This document shows, in pieces, positions 34,375-43,758 of a stretch of DNA of 64,000 nucleotides. The stretch's first letter is position 1, and each line of letters starts with the position of its first letter. The stretch comes from an uncultured Gemmatimonadaceae bacterium (GTDB taxonomy: Bacteria > Gemmatimonadota > Gemmatimonadetes > Gemmatimonadales > Gemmatimonadaceae). The DNA is taken from contig CAWAGQ010000004.1 of NCBI GenBank assembly GCA_963781585.1, forward strand, positions 608,001 through 672,000, read 5' to 3'. The position numbers and the translations under genes were made by a program. Below the pieces are notes generated by a model. That model saw nothing but the letters and a program-made list of their open reading frames with translations, had not been told where the DNA came from and searched no databases.

Positions 34375-35184
34375 TCAGCCTTCGAGGGCGGCGCGCATGG
34401 CGTCGATGTCGGGCGCGAATCCGAACCACCGCTCGAAGGCACAGGCCCCCTGCGTGATGAGCATCTCCAGTCCGTCGGCGGCCGCATGGCCGGCGGCGCG
34501 CGTGGCCCGGACCCACGGCGTCTCTCCGGCACGATACGCCAGGTCGATCACCGATGCGTCACGCGGAACCGCGTCCGGCGCAACGGGCATCTCCTCACCG
34601 CGCAGTCCCACCGGGGTGGCGTTCACTGCCAGGGTCGCGTCGCGAAGCGCGTCCGACGTCGACGATGCGGTGCGCGCAATCTCCGAGAACCGCTGCGCCA
34701 GCCGCTGTGCCCGCTCGGGACTGCGGCTGAAGATTGCCACGCGCGCCCGGGGCCACTCCTCCGCCGCCGCACAGACGGCTGCCGCGCCACCGCCCGCGCC
34801 GAGCAACGCAACACGCGCCCCGGACGGCCGACCGCCCAGCAGGCGGCTGGCCAGCGTGTCGAAGCCGGCGACATCGGTGTTGTCTCCCACCAGAAGGCCA
34901 CCCTCGGTCCAGAACGTGTTGACGGCGCCGGCACGTTCGGCCACGCGCGAGACGCGCGCGCAGACGGCTGCAACCGCGGCCTTGTGCGGAATCGTGACAT
35001 TGCCGGCCGCGCCCTCTCGTACCAGCCGCCGCAGCACCTCGCCAAGGTCCGGTGGCGCCACGTCGAGCGCTTCGTAGCAGAGGTCGATACGGGCCGCCCG
35101 CAACGCGGCGTTCTGCATGCGTGGAGAAAGGGAATGCTCCAGCGGATGCCCGAGCAGGACCAGCCGGCCCGGACGGCGGGTCAC
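34375..35184 (-). CDS. aroE: Shikimate dehydrogenase
   Basis: HSLSP, NVTIPHK, GDNTD, GAGG, NATPVG. Confidence 0.92.
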   Translation of the reverse strand: MTRRPGRLVLLGHPLEHSLSPRMQNAALRAARIDLCYEALDVAPPDLGEVLRRLVREGAAGNVTIPHKAAVAAVCARVSRVAERAGAVNTFWTEGGLLVGDNTDVAGFDTLASRLLGGRPSGARVALLGAGGGAAAVCAAAEEWPRARVAIFSRSPERAQRLAQRFSEIARTASSTSDALRDATLAVNATPVGLRGEEMPVAPDAVPRDASVIDLAYRAGETPWVRATRAAGHAAADGLEMLITQGACAFERWFGFAPDIDAMRAALEG

Positions 35185-35651
35185 GAACCGTGCGGCGTGC
35201 GCTCCGCGACCAGCCGGTCGAACACGCGGCGGATCTCCCCCTGCAGCTCGATGAGCGTGTCGCGGTAGTGCTCCAGCTCGCCGCCGAACGGATCGCTGAT
35301 GGCGCGGTCGCTCGCCGAATTCGACGCGAACGCGCTGAGGAGGTAGGTCTTCCCTTCCCCGCCTAACGCTTCAGCGCGCTCCAGGTGATGCGGGCCCATG
35401 ACCAAAATAATGTCGTGCTGCCGGACCAGGTCCCGGCTCAGCTGCTGCGCACGATGGGCACTGAGGTCGAGAGTGCGTTCCAGGGCCACCAGCAGCGCAC
35501 CGTCGGAGGCCGGAGCGCCCTCCCAGGCGCTCGTCCCCGCGCTCGCGACTTCCACGTCCGGCAATCCGCGCGCCATGGCTTCGCGGCGCGCCAGGGCCTC
35601 GGCCAGCGGGCTCCGACAGGTATTCCCGGTACACACAAAGAGAAGTCGCAT
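35181..35651 (-). CDS. Low molecular weight protein (Tyr/Arg) phosphatase
   Basis: VCTGNTCRS P-loop, DPFG. Confidence 0.92.
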   Translation of the reverse strand: MRLLFVCTGNTCRSPLAEALARREAMARGLPDVEVASAGTSAWEGAPASDGALLVALERTLDLSAHRAQQLSRDLVRQHDIILVMGPHHLERAEALGGEGKTYLLSAFASNSASDRAISDPFGGELEHYRDTLIELQGEIRRVFDRLVAERTPHGS

Positions 35652-35657
35652 CACACG

Positions 35658-36323
35658 TCACACGTCACCGATCAGGTCGGGCACGCTCCCGCGCAACTCG
35701 GTCGACGAAATCGCACCTGGACGGATCACGCGGGGGCGGCGCCCGGTGCAGTCCACCACCGTCGACGGAGGCGACGCGGTCAGCCGTCCGCCGTCGAGCA
35801 CCAGCAGCTGGCCCCGCGCGACGGCGTCGCTCCACTGCTGCACAATCTCGGATGCCGCCATCGCCGGGGGAAGCCCTGGCCGATTGGCCGACGTCGATGT
35901 GATGGGATCGCCGTATGCGCCGATCAGACGCTGGAGCGCGGCATGCGACGTCCACCGCACCGCCACCCCGCCCTCCGGCCCCCGCAGTCCGATCGGTACC
36001 CGATGCTCGCCGCCCGCCAGCACCAGCGTGAGCGGTCCCGGCCAGAACCGCGCCGCCAGTCGCGATGCCGCATTCGTTAGGTGCAGGTCCAGCCGCGCCA
36101 GCATCTCGCTCCCGGCAATCAGCAGCAGGAACGGCTTGGCCGGCGGACGCCGTTTGAGAGCCATCAACGACTCCAGCCCCGCCAGATCCACTGCGCCGCC
36201 AAACCCGTAGATCGTCTCGGTCGGATACCCGAGCAGTCCGCCCGAGCGGAGATGCGTAATGGCCGGGCCGATCGCGGCCGTCACTTCCTCGTCCGACCAG
36301 AACGGCAGCGCGCGTGGCTGCAT
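35658..36323 (-). CDS. tsaC: L-threonylcarbamoyladenylate synthase (TsaC/SUA5 family)
   Basis: PTETIYG, FWPGPLTLV, STSAN, PSTVVD. Confidence 0.9.
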   Translation of the reverse strand: MQPRALPFWSDEEVTAAIGPAITHLRSGGLLGYPTETIYGFGGAVDLAGLESLMALKRRPPAKPFLLLIAGSEMLARLDLHLTNAASRLAARFWPGPLTLVLAGGEHRVPIGLRGPEGGVAVRWTSHAALQRLIGAYGDPITSTSANRPGLPPAMAASEIVQQWSDAVARGQLLVLDGGRLTASPPSTVVDCTGRRPRVIRPGAISSTELRGSVPDLIGDV

Positions 36324-37079
36324 CTACTCCGCCAGCGGCGCGAGGGCCTCGGCCCGCGCGAAGTCCCGCTCGTCCGTGATCTTCAAGGCCCGCTCGCTGC
36401 CGGGCACCAGCAGGACCGGAAACCCGAGCCGTTCGCACAACGCGGAGTCGTCGGTCGCCGAAATGCCTTCGCGCCTCGCCGCGAGATAGGCACGCTCGAT
36501 CATCTCGCGCGGGAACGCCTGCGGCGTCTGGGCGCGCCAGAGTCGCTCCCGGGACACCGTCCGCACGATACGTCCCGCGCCATCCGCCTCCTTGAGCGTA
36601 TCCACCACCGGTATCGCCGCCACAGCGCCGCGGCCCCGCCGCGCCGTCGCGATGACCGCCTCGATGGTGGCGTCGGTCACCAGCGGCCGCGCCGCGTCGT
36701 GGATCACTGCGATCGTTGCCTCCTCGGGAAGATCCTCCAATCCACTCCACACCGAGTCTCCCCGCTCGCGTCCTCCCACCGATACCAGCAGGCGATCAAG
36801 GTCCGCCTGAAAGAGCCAGGGCGGAGGATCGCCCGCAATCGACTTCGGGAGGACGCAAACCACCAGCGCCACGTCGGCACGACGCTGAAACGTCTGCACG
36901 GCGTGCAGGAGCATGGGCTTTCCCGCCACCCAGCGAAATTGCTTCAGCTCGTGCCCCTCCGTGCGCGATCCGGTTCCGGCTGCCACGACCACCACGCCCA
37001 CATCGCGGCCCGCGCTCGCCTCCGGCTCGACGGGACGCGCCGTTGGCTCGGCGATTCCCGGATTGCGTCGTTCCGCCAT
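36324..37079 (-). CDS. ispD: 2-C-methyl-D-erythritol 4-phosphate cytidylyltransferase
   Basis: AAGTGSR, IHDAARP, AQTPQAF, KIT. Confidence 0.93.
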   Translation of the reverse strand: MAERRNPGIAEPTARPVEPEASAGRDVGVVVVAAGTGSRTEGHELKQFRWVAGKPMLLHAVQTFQRRADVALVVCVLPKSIAGDPPPWLFQADLDRLLVSVGGRERGDSVWSGLEDLPEEATIAVIHDAARPLVTDATIEAVIATARRGRGAVAAIPVVDTLKEADGAGRIVRTVSRERLWRAQTPQAFPREMIERAYLAARREGISATDDSALCERLGFPVLLVPGSERALKITDERDFARAEALAPLAE

Positions 37080-38456
37080 CAACCGAATACCTGCTTGAAC
37101 AGATCGCCGATTGTCGCCACTGGCTGGACGCGAATCCCGGTCGCGCGTACCGGCACGCTACGATCGCTTACGAAGGCCGTGGCCATTCCGCGCTGCGCTG
37201 CCTCGGCCAGGCGCCGCTCGGCATGCGCGACACCCCGCACTTCCCCCCCGAGTCCCACCTCGCCCACGAACACGGCATCAGCGGGAAGTGGTCGGTCAAG
37301 CACCGTCGAGGCGAGCGCGGTGACGATAGCGAGGTCGCCGGACGGTTCGGCAAGACGGAGTCCTCCCGCGATGTTCACGAACACGTCGAGTTGCGAGAAC
37401 TGGATGCCGGCGCGCCGTTCAAGGATTGCCAGCAGCAACGCCAGGCGCCTCCCGTCGAATCCGGTTGCCACGCGCTGCGGTGTCCCGTACCCCGACTTCG
37501 CGGCAAGCGCCTGGATCTCGACGAGCAGAGGACGGCTGCCTTCCATCAGCGCGGTCAGCGCGCTCCCGGATGCGTGTGGTCGCCGATCTCCCATGAACAG
37601 GTCCGAGGGATTCTCCACCGGCACCAGTCCGGCGCCGGTCATGCGGAAGACCCCGATCTCGTCCACGCTGCCGAACCGGTTCTTCGTGGCGCGCAGCACG
37701 CGATGGTCAAGCGATGCGTCGCCCTCGAAATACAGCACGGTATCGACGACGTGTTCCAGTGTCTTCGGTCCGGCGATGCCGCCCACCTTGGTGACATGCC
37801 CCACGAGAAACACCGCGGTCCCGATTTCCTTGGCCACTCGCATCAACTGGGCGGCGCACTCCCTCACCTGGCCCACGCTCCCCGGCGCGCCCTCCAGCTC
37901 GTCCGCCCACACGGTTTGTATGGAATCCACGACCAGAACCGAGCGGACGAAGCGTCCGCGCGGTTGCCTGAATGGCCGACAGCGACGTCTCGGTGAGCAG
38001 TTCCACGTTGGCGGCCTGCGACTCGAGGCGGTCGGCACGGAGCTTGACCTGGAGCGGCGACTCTTCGCCCGAGACGTACACGGCGCGCCCGCCGAGCCTG
38101 ACGACGTTCGCAGCCAGCTGCAGGAGCAAGGTTGATTTGCCGATTCCCGGTTCTCCGCCAACGAGGACCAGGCTTCCAGACACGATTCCGCCGCCCAGCA
38201 CGAAGTCCAGCTCCCGCAGGCCGCTGCTCGTGCGCGCGGTCGCGCTTCCTTTCACGTCGGCCAGGCGCACCGGTGACGCTCCCGTGCCCGCGGCCTCGCG
38301 CGGCGTACTGCGCCGGGACGTCGTCGTCCGTCGCTGCGGCGCCGGCTCCTCCACCAGGCTGTTCCACTCGCCGCAGAGATCGCATCGGCCGCCCCACTTC
38401 GGGAACTCCGCGCCGCACTCCGTGCACCGGTAGACTGTCCTTGCCTTGACGGTCAC
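37079..38456 (-). pseudogene. radA: DNA repair protein RadA/Sms, split by a +1 frameshift near 37943 (possible sequencing error)
   Basis: N-terminal half (CTEC..CDLC, GEPGIGKS) is in ORF 37707-38456 and C-terminal half (VVDSIQT, KNRFG) in ORF 37079-38161; the junction CGT CCG c TCG GTT has one extra base. Confidence 0.88.
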
Positions 38457-39877
38457 GTCGGCTGTCGGGGCGAGTAGTTGTCGAATCGCGTGTATTTCTT
38501 GTGGAAGAAGAGTCGCACCGTTTCGGTGGGCCCGTTGCGCTGCTTGCCGATGATCACCTCGGCGAGTCCTTCAATCGGGGTGCCGTCGCCCAGACGCCGC
38601 GGCTCGCCGCGCTCGTCGTTCGGCCCGTCGTAGTATTCCGGGCGATAGAGGAACATCACCACATCGGCGTCCTGCTCGATCGCGCCCGACTCGCGCAGGT
38701 CGGACAACTGCGGGCGACGGTTCTCGGCCGATCGTTGCTCGGGCGCGCGCGACAGCTGCGACAGCGCCACCACCGGCACCTTCAGCTCGCGCGACAGGTT
38801 TTTCAGCGAGCGCGAGATGTAGCTGATCTCCTGCTGTCGGTTCTCCGAATCGGACGGTCCCTGCATGAGCTGCAGATAGTCGATGATCACCAGGCCGATC
38901 CGGCTCTCGACCTGCAGCCGCCGCGCACGCGAACGGATGTCGAGCGCCGTGAGCGCCGGGGTATCGTCGATCCAGATCGGCGCCGAGCCGAGGATCCCGG
39001 CCGCCTTCGCGAGTCGGGCGAAGTCGTCATTGCTCAGCCGGCCGTTGCGCAGCTTCTGCGCGTCGATGTACCCCTCCGACGCCAGCATCCGTGCCACCAG
39101 CTGCTCCTTGGCCATCTCCAGCGAGAAGATCGCCACCGGCACCTGAGCCTGGATGGCCGCGTTCTGCGCCACGTTCAGCACGAACGCCGTCTTCCCCATC
39201 GACGGGCGCGCGGCAATGATGCTCAGTTCCGATCTCTGGAAGCCTAACGTGAGCTTGTCGAGATCGGCGTAGCCGCTGGGCACGCCGGTGATGGCGCTGG
39301 TGCCCCGCGACGTCTCCTCGATCCGCTCCATGCCCTCCCAGACGAGCTCCTTGATCCGATGGAAGCCCTCGCGGCCATGCTGCTGGCTGATCTGGAGAAT
39401 CCGCTGCTCGGCGTGGTCGAGCAGTTCGCCCGACGTGCGCCGGCCGTCAAACGCCGCCGTCACCAGCTCCGTGGACGTCTCGATCAGCCTCCGGACCAGC
39501 GCCTTCTCACGCACGATCCGGGCGTGGTACTCCACGTTGGCCGCGGTGGGGACTGCATCCAGCAGGAACGACAGGTATTCCTTTCCTCCTGAATGATCGA
39601 GCTCTCCCCGCAGGGCCAGTTCGTCGGCCAGCGTCAGCGCGTCGACCACCGCCCCGCGCTCGTTGAGCGCGACAATCGCGCGGAAGATCCGGCGATGTGC
39701 CTCGCGGTAGAACATCGTGTCATCGACATGTTCCGCGGCGCGATAGATCGCGTCGCGGTCCATGATCATCGCGCCCAGAACGGCTTGTTCCGCGTCCTCC
39801 GACCATGGCGGCCGGCGGTCGCGGTACGCGTCAGGGACTGATGGCGCGATCGAGGAGTCGTCGAGCAAGCTGGACAT
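38453..39877 (-). CDS. dnaB: Replicative DNA helicase
   Basis: AEQAVLG, AARPSMGKT, IDYLQLM, DLRESGAIEQDAD, KQRNGP. Confidence 0.96.
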   Translation of the reverse strand: MSSLLDDSSIAPSVPDAYRDRRPPWSEDAEQAVLGAMIMDRDAIYRAAEHVDDTMFYREAHRRIFRAIVALNERGAVVDALTLADELALRGELDHSGGKEYLSFLLDAVPTAANVEYHARIVREKALVRRLIETSTELVTAAFDGRRTSGELLDHAEQRILQISQQHGREGFHRIKELVWEGMERIEETSRGTSAITGVPSGYADLDKLTLGFQRSELSIIAARPSMGKTAFVLNVAQNAAIQAQVPVAIFSLEMAKEQLVARMLASEGYIDAQKLRNGRLSNDDFARLAKAAGILGSAPIWIDDTPALTALDIRSRARRLQVESRIGLVIIDYLQLMQGPSDSENRQQEISYISRSLKNLSRELKVPVVALSQLSRAPEQRSAENRRPQLSDLRESGAIEQDADVVMFLYRPEYYDGPNDERGEPRRLGDGTPIEGLAEVIIGKQRNGPTETVRLFFHKKYTRFDNYSPRQPT

Positions 39878-40793
39878 CTTCCCAAGTCGGGCGCTTCCAC
39901 CCGGGATTCCGCAGCAGCGCCGCCGGGTGGTACGTGACCACCAGCGGCACGCCGTAGTAGTGGTGGACCTTTCCCCGAAGTCTGCTGATCGCGTCCTTCG
40001 TGTTCAACAGCGTTTGTGCGGCGAACGTGCCGAACGCGACGATCACCTTCGGGGCAATGAGTTCGATCTGGCGAAGAAGGTACGGACTGCACGCTTCCAC
40101 CTCGTCCGGCGTGGGATTGCGATTTCCCGGCGGACGATGCTTCAGGACGTTGCAGATATACACGTCGTTCCGCGAGAGCTTGATCGCCGCCAGGATCTTG
40201 TCGAGCAGCTGGCCGGCCGGCCCCACGAAGGGTCGCCCGGTTTCGTCCTCCACCGCTCCGGGCGCCTCACCCACGCACATCAGGCCGGCCGTGGGACTCC
40301 CCTCACCCGGGACCGGGTTCTTCGCCGACCTGGACAGGGGGCACTTCGTGCACCCTGCGACCGCCTGCACGAGTTCGTCCAATGATCCATAGCGCGACGC
40401 CGGTCCGCCAAACAACTCACGCGCGTCTGCCCCCACGGTGAGGCCGGTCGGAATCTGATCCAGCGGGATCGTGGCCGGCGATTCGACGCCGCTGCTCTCC
40501 GCGGGTGTGGCACTCCGGACCGGAGACGACTCGTCGAACTGATACCGCCTGGACGGAGGGGGGCTCACGCGTGCCGGTGCCTGCGGACGATCGGCCGAGC
40601 CGGAGTCGGAGTCGCGCAGAGCGGCGCGCCAGTCCACCGGCTGCTCGGATACGCCTGCCGTCGCGGCGCTCGAGCCGGTGGCACCGAGCAGCCGCATCAC
40701 CTCCTCGACCGTCAGGCCATCGAGCACCAGTTCGGTCTCCCCCGCTTCGCGCCGCTGCTCGAGGTAACGGCGAAGCTGAGCTCTAGCGTCCAC
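39831..40793 (-). CDS. Uracil-DNA glycosylase, family 4
   Basis: CTKCPL, GEAPG, GRPFVG, TYHPAALLR. Confidence 0.92.
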   Translation of the reverse strand: MDARAQLRRYLEQRREAGETELVLDGLTVEEVMRLLGATGSSAATAGVSEQPVDWRAALRDSDSGSADRPQAPARVSPPPSRRYQFDESSPVRSATPAESSGVESPATIPLDQIPTGLTVGADARELFGGPASRYGSLDELVQAVAGCTKCPLSRSAKNPVPGEGSPTAGLMCVGEAPGAVEDETGRPFVGPAGQLLDKILAAIKLSRNDVYICNVLKHRPPGNRNPTPDEVEACSPYLLRQIELIAPKVIVAFGTFAAQTLLNTKDAISRLRGKVHHYYGVPLVVTYHPAALLRNPGWKRPTWEDVQLARRLLDRAISP

Positions 40794-41988
40794 GCAGCAA
40801 CTCCGCGACCTGATCGAGGATGGCGTCCGCCACCTCATCCTTCGTGAGAATGGGGAGGGCCTGCTCGCGGCCGTCGCGGAACACGAACGTCACGCGATTG
40901 GTGTCGACCTCGAAGCCGGCCCCGTCTTCGCGTGCATCATTGAGCACGATCAGGTCGAGATCCTTGGACTTGAGCTTGGCGCGGGCATTGGCAACGCCAT
41001 CGCCTGTCTCGAGCGCGAATCCGACCGCCACCATTCCCGGTTTTCTGGCGGTCCGCGTTTCGACGAGAATGTCGGGAGTCGGCGCGAGGCGCACGGAAAC
41101 AGGCGCCTCGCCACGCTTGAGTTTCACATCTTCGACGTGGTGGGCGCGAAAGTCGCCGGGGGCCGCCGCCATGACGATCACGTCGGCACGCGTCAGCTCG
41201 TTCGCTACCACGTCGCGCATCTGCTCGGTGGTTTCCACCCGGCGCAGCTCGGCGCCGACGGGCGGCGAGACCGCCAGCGGACCCGCGACCAGCACCACGT
41301 CGGCGCCCCGCCGCCACGCGGCGGCCCCCAGAGCCACGCCCATCTTCCCGCTGCTTCGATTGGAAAGGAAGCGCACAGGGTCGAGCGACTCGCGAGTCGG
41401 TCCCGCCGACACCACCACGCGCCTCCCTTCCAGATCACCCGGACCCTCCAGCACGCGTCCCAGGTGTGCGAGTATGGTGTCCGGCTCCGGCATGCGGCCC
41501 GGCCCGTGTCCCTCACCGACTGCGAGGTCTCCAGTTTCCGGATCGAGCACGCGATAACCCAGGTCACGCAGATGCGACACGTTGCGTGCGGTCTGCCCGT
41601 GGGCCCACATGCGGTCGTTCATCGCGGGCACCAGCAGCACCGGAGCGGTGGTAGCGAGGAGACAGGCCGTCAGCAGGTCGTCGGCGCGACCGGTGGCGGC
41701 GCGAGCAAGAAAATCGGCGGTGGCGGGCGCGACCACCACCACCTCGGCGCCCCGCGCCAGTCTGATGTGATCGAGCGCGTGCCCTGCTTCGATCAACGCC
41801 GTGTGGACCGGCCTCCCGGTCAGCGCCTCGAAAGTGACTGCGCCAACGAATTCCAGGGCCGACCGCGTGAGGACGACATCAACTTCGGCGCCCGCCTGCG
41901 TGAGCAGCCGGGCCAGCCACGCGGACTTGTAGCTGGCAATGCCTCCCGTAACACCGAGGAGGATGCGGCGGTGTGAAAACGGGCGGAC
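40783..41988 (-). CDS. coaBC: Bifunctional phosphopantothenoylcysteine decarboxylase/ligase; no canonical start codon (GTC at 41988)
   Basis: Frame extends upstream of the ORF-track start through RPFSHRRILLGVTGGIASYK; PAMN, GPTRE..DPVRFLSNRSSGKMG, VGFALET. Confidence 0.9.
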   Translation of the reverse strand, partial: VRPFSHRRILLGVTGGIASYKSAWLARLLTQAGAEVDVVLTRSALEFVGAVTFEALTGRPVHTALIEAGHALDHIRLARGAEVVVVAPATADFLARAATGRADDLLTACLLATTAPVLLVPAMNDRMWAHGQTARNVSHLRDLGYRVLDPETGDLAVGEGHGPGRMPEPDTILAHLGRVLEGPGDLEGRRVVVSAGPTRESLDPVRFLSNRSSGKMGVALGAAAWRRGADVVLVAGPLAVSPPVGAELRRVETTEQMRDVVANELTRADVIVMAAAPGDFRAHHVEDVKLKRGEAPVSVRLAPTPDILVETRTARKPGMVAVGFALETGDGVANARAKLKSKDLDLIVLNDAREDGAGFEVDTNRVTFVFRDGREQALPILTKDEVADAILDQVAELLRGR

Positions 41989-41993
41989 CGGAG

Positions 41994-42200
41994 CTACTCC
42001 CCACGCTGCCGCGGAACGATACGGTATTCGATTTCGCCTGAAGCGAGTTCTTCGAGCGCGCGCGTGGTGAGCTTTTTTTCGTGTGCCGCCCGTTCGCGCG
42101 GAAACTCGTTCAGCACGCGGGCGTGCTTCGCAGCCACAAGGACGCCGAGGTACTTGTTGGCGGCGCGGTTGGTGACTTCGTCGGGCGTGAAGACTCGCAT
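41994..42200 (-). CDS. rpoZ: RNA polymerase omega subunit
   Basis: NKYLGVLVAAKHAR..ALEEL; gmk-rpoZ-coaBC synteny. Confidence 0.85.
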   Translation of the reverse strand: MRVFTPDEVTNRAANKYLGVLVAAKHARVLNEFPRERAAHEKKLTTRALEELASGEIEYRIVPRQRGE

Positions 42201-42204
42201 TGGG

Positions 42205-42852
42205 CTAGGCTGTTTGGGTGAGGCTGAGAATCTCTCGATCGAGATCAGCGACCAGCTGGCGAAGCTGGACGTCCAGCTGCGGGATGCGTTCGTGTCGCAC
42301 GGTCTCGGCGTCCACGATGGCGCACACCAGCTCAAAGGTGCGCTGCAGATCGTCGTTCACCACTGCGTACTGGTACAAACTTACTTCATTGAGCTCCTGC
42401 CGCGCGCCCCTGATGCGCCGCAGGAATTCATCCGGTGCCTCGGTATGGCGGGCGGCAAGGCGCCGGAGCAGGACGTCGGCCGACGGCGGAAGGAGAAACA
42501 CCAGAACGGTTTCCGCGAAGGCCCTCGCCATCTGCCGTGCGCCCTGAACGTCGATGTCCATGACGACGTGCTTCCCCTGGCTCAGGACACGATCGATCTC
42601 GGTGCGCAAGGTCCCATACAGTTGGCCGTGCACCTCGGCGCTCTCGGCAAAGTCGCCTCGGGCGCGACGCGCAAGGAACTCGTCTCGCGACAGGAACTGG
42701 TAGTCTTTCCCCGCCTCCTCGCCGGGACGCGGCGCCCGCGTGGTACATGAGATCGAATACCCGACGTCCGCCCGCCGTTCGAGCAGCATCCGCGAGATCG
42801 TCGTCTTTCCCCCTCCGGAGGGTGAGGAGAGCACGAGGGGGAACGGGTTCAT
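42205..42852 (-). CDS. gmk: Guanylate kinase
   Basis: SPSGGGKTT, TTRAPRPGE, DIDVQGA. Confidence 0.95.
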   Translation of the reverse strand: MNPFPLVLSSPSGGGKTTISRMLLERRADVGYSISCTTRAPRPGEEAGKDYQFLSRDEFLARRARGDFAESAEVHGQLYGTLRTEIDRVLSQGKHVVMDIDVQGARQMARAFAETVLVFLLPPSADVLLRRLAARHTEAPDEFLRRIRGARQELNEVSLYQYAVVNDDLQRTFELVCAIVDAETVRHERIPQLDVQLRQLVADLDREILSLTQTA

Positions 42853-43721
42853 TCGAGGTTCTCCACCTGCTCGCGAATCCGCTCCAACTCCTCCTTTATC
42901 AGGACGACGTCGTTCAGCATCGCGGCATCGTTCGCCTTGCTGCCGGTGGTGTTGGCCTCGCGGAGCATCTCCTGAAGGAGAAACCCCAGTCGCTTCCCGA
43001 CCGGATCGTCCTCCTGACCCGTCAGCGTGCGTCGAAACGCCTCGATGTGAGAGCGCAACCGCGTCAACTCCTCGTGCACATCCAGGCGATCGGCGAGGAT
43101 CGCAATCTCGACGGCGAGGCGCTGCGGGTCGACTGCCACGCCTTCGGCGAGCTGCTTCACCGCCTGTGCGAGTCGCTGGTGCTGCTCCGCCAGTCGCTGA
43201 GGTGCGCGCAGGGCCACGCGCTCGATGGCCGCCTCGATAACCGTCAGGCGCTCGAGCAGGAACGCCATCAGTCGCGATCCCTCTTCCTCGCGGGAGCGGG
43301 TCAATTCCGCGGCAGCGGCATTGACCACCTGAATGAACGCCGCGGCGTCTCCGTCTTCCCCTTCGGTGATCGACGACACCACGTCGGGCATGCGCAACAC
43401 CGTAGCCACGTCAACATCTCCGGAGAGCTTGAAGCGCTGGTTCAGGCCGCGCAAAAGCGTCACGTACGCGGCGAACCGCTCCTCGTCGATCAACGGAGTC
43501 CCGGCAACGCCTCTCGCGATCCGGGCGGAGAGCGATACGTGTCCGCGGGTAACTCGCCGGCGCAACGCTTCCCTCACCTCGCCTTCCCAGCGCGACAGTT
43601 CCGCGGGGAGGCGAATGGTCGAGTTGAAGAAGCGGTGGTTGACGGAGCGAAGCTCAACCGCGACGCGGGCAGCGCCGACGGCCCCTTCCGCCGAGCCGAA
43701 CCCCGTCATGCTTCGTATCAT
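42849..43721 (-). CDS. yicC: YicC family endoribonuclease
   Basis: MIRSMTGFG, SVNHRF, GKRLGFLLQEMLREANTTGSK, REQVENLE. Confidence 0.93.
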   Translation of the reverse strand: MIRSMTGFGSAEGAVGAARVAVELRSVNHRFFNSTIRLPAELSRWEGEVREALRRRVTRGHVSLSARIARGVAGTPLIDEERFAAYVTLLRGLNQRFKLSGDVDVATVLRMPDVVSSITEGEDGDAAAFIQVVNAAAAELTRSREEEGSRLMAFLLERLTVIEAAIERVALRAPQRLAEQHQRLAQAVKQLAEGVAVDPQRLAVEIAILADRLDVHEELTRLRSHIEAFRRTLTGQEDDPVGKRLGFLLQEMLREANTTGSKANDAAMLNDVVLIKEELERIREQVENLE

Positions 43722-43758
43722 TAGTGAGGGCGTAAGTTATGGAACGACAACGACCTTG

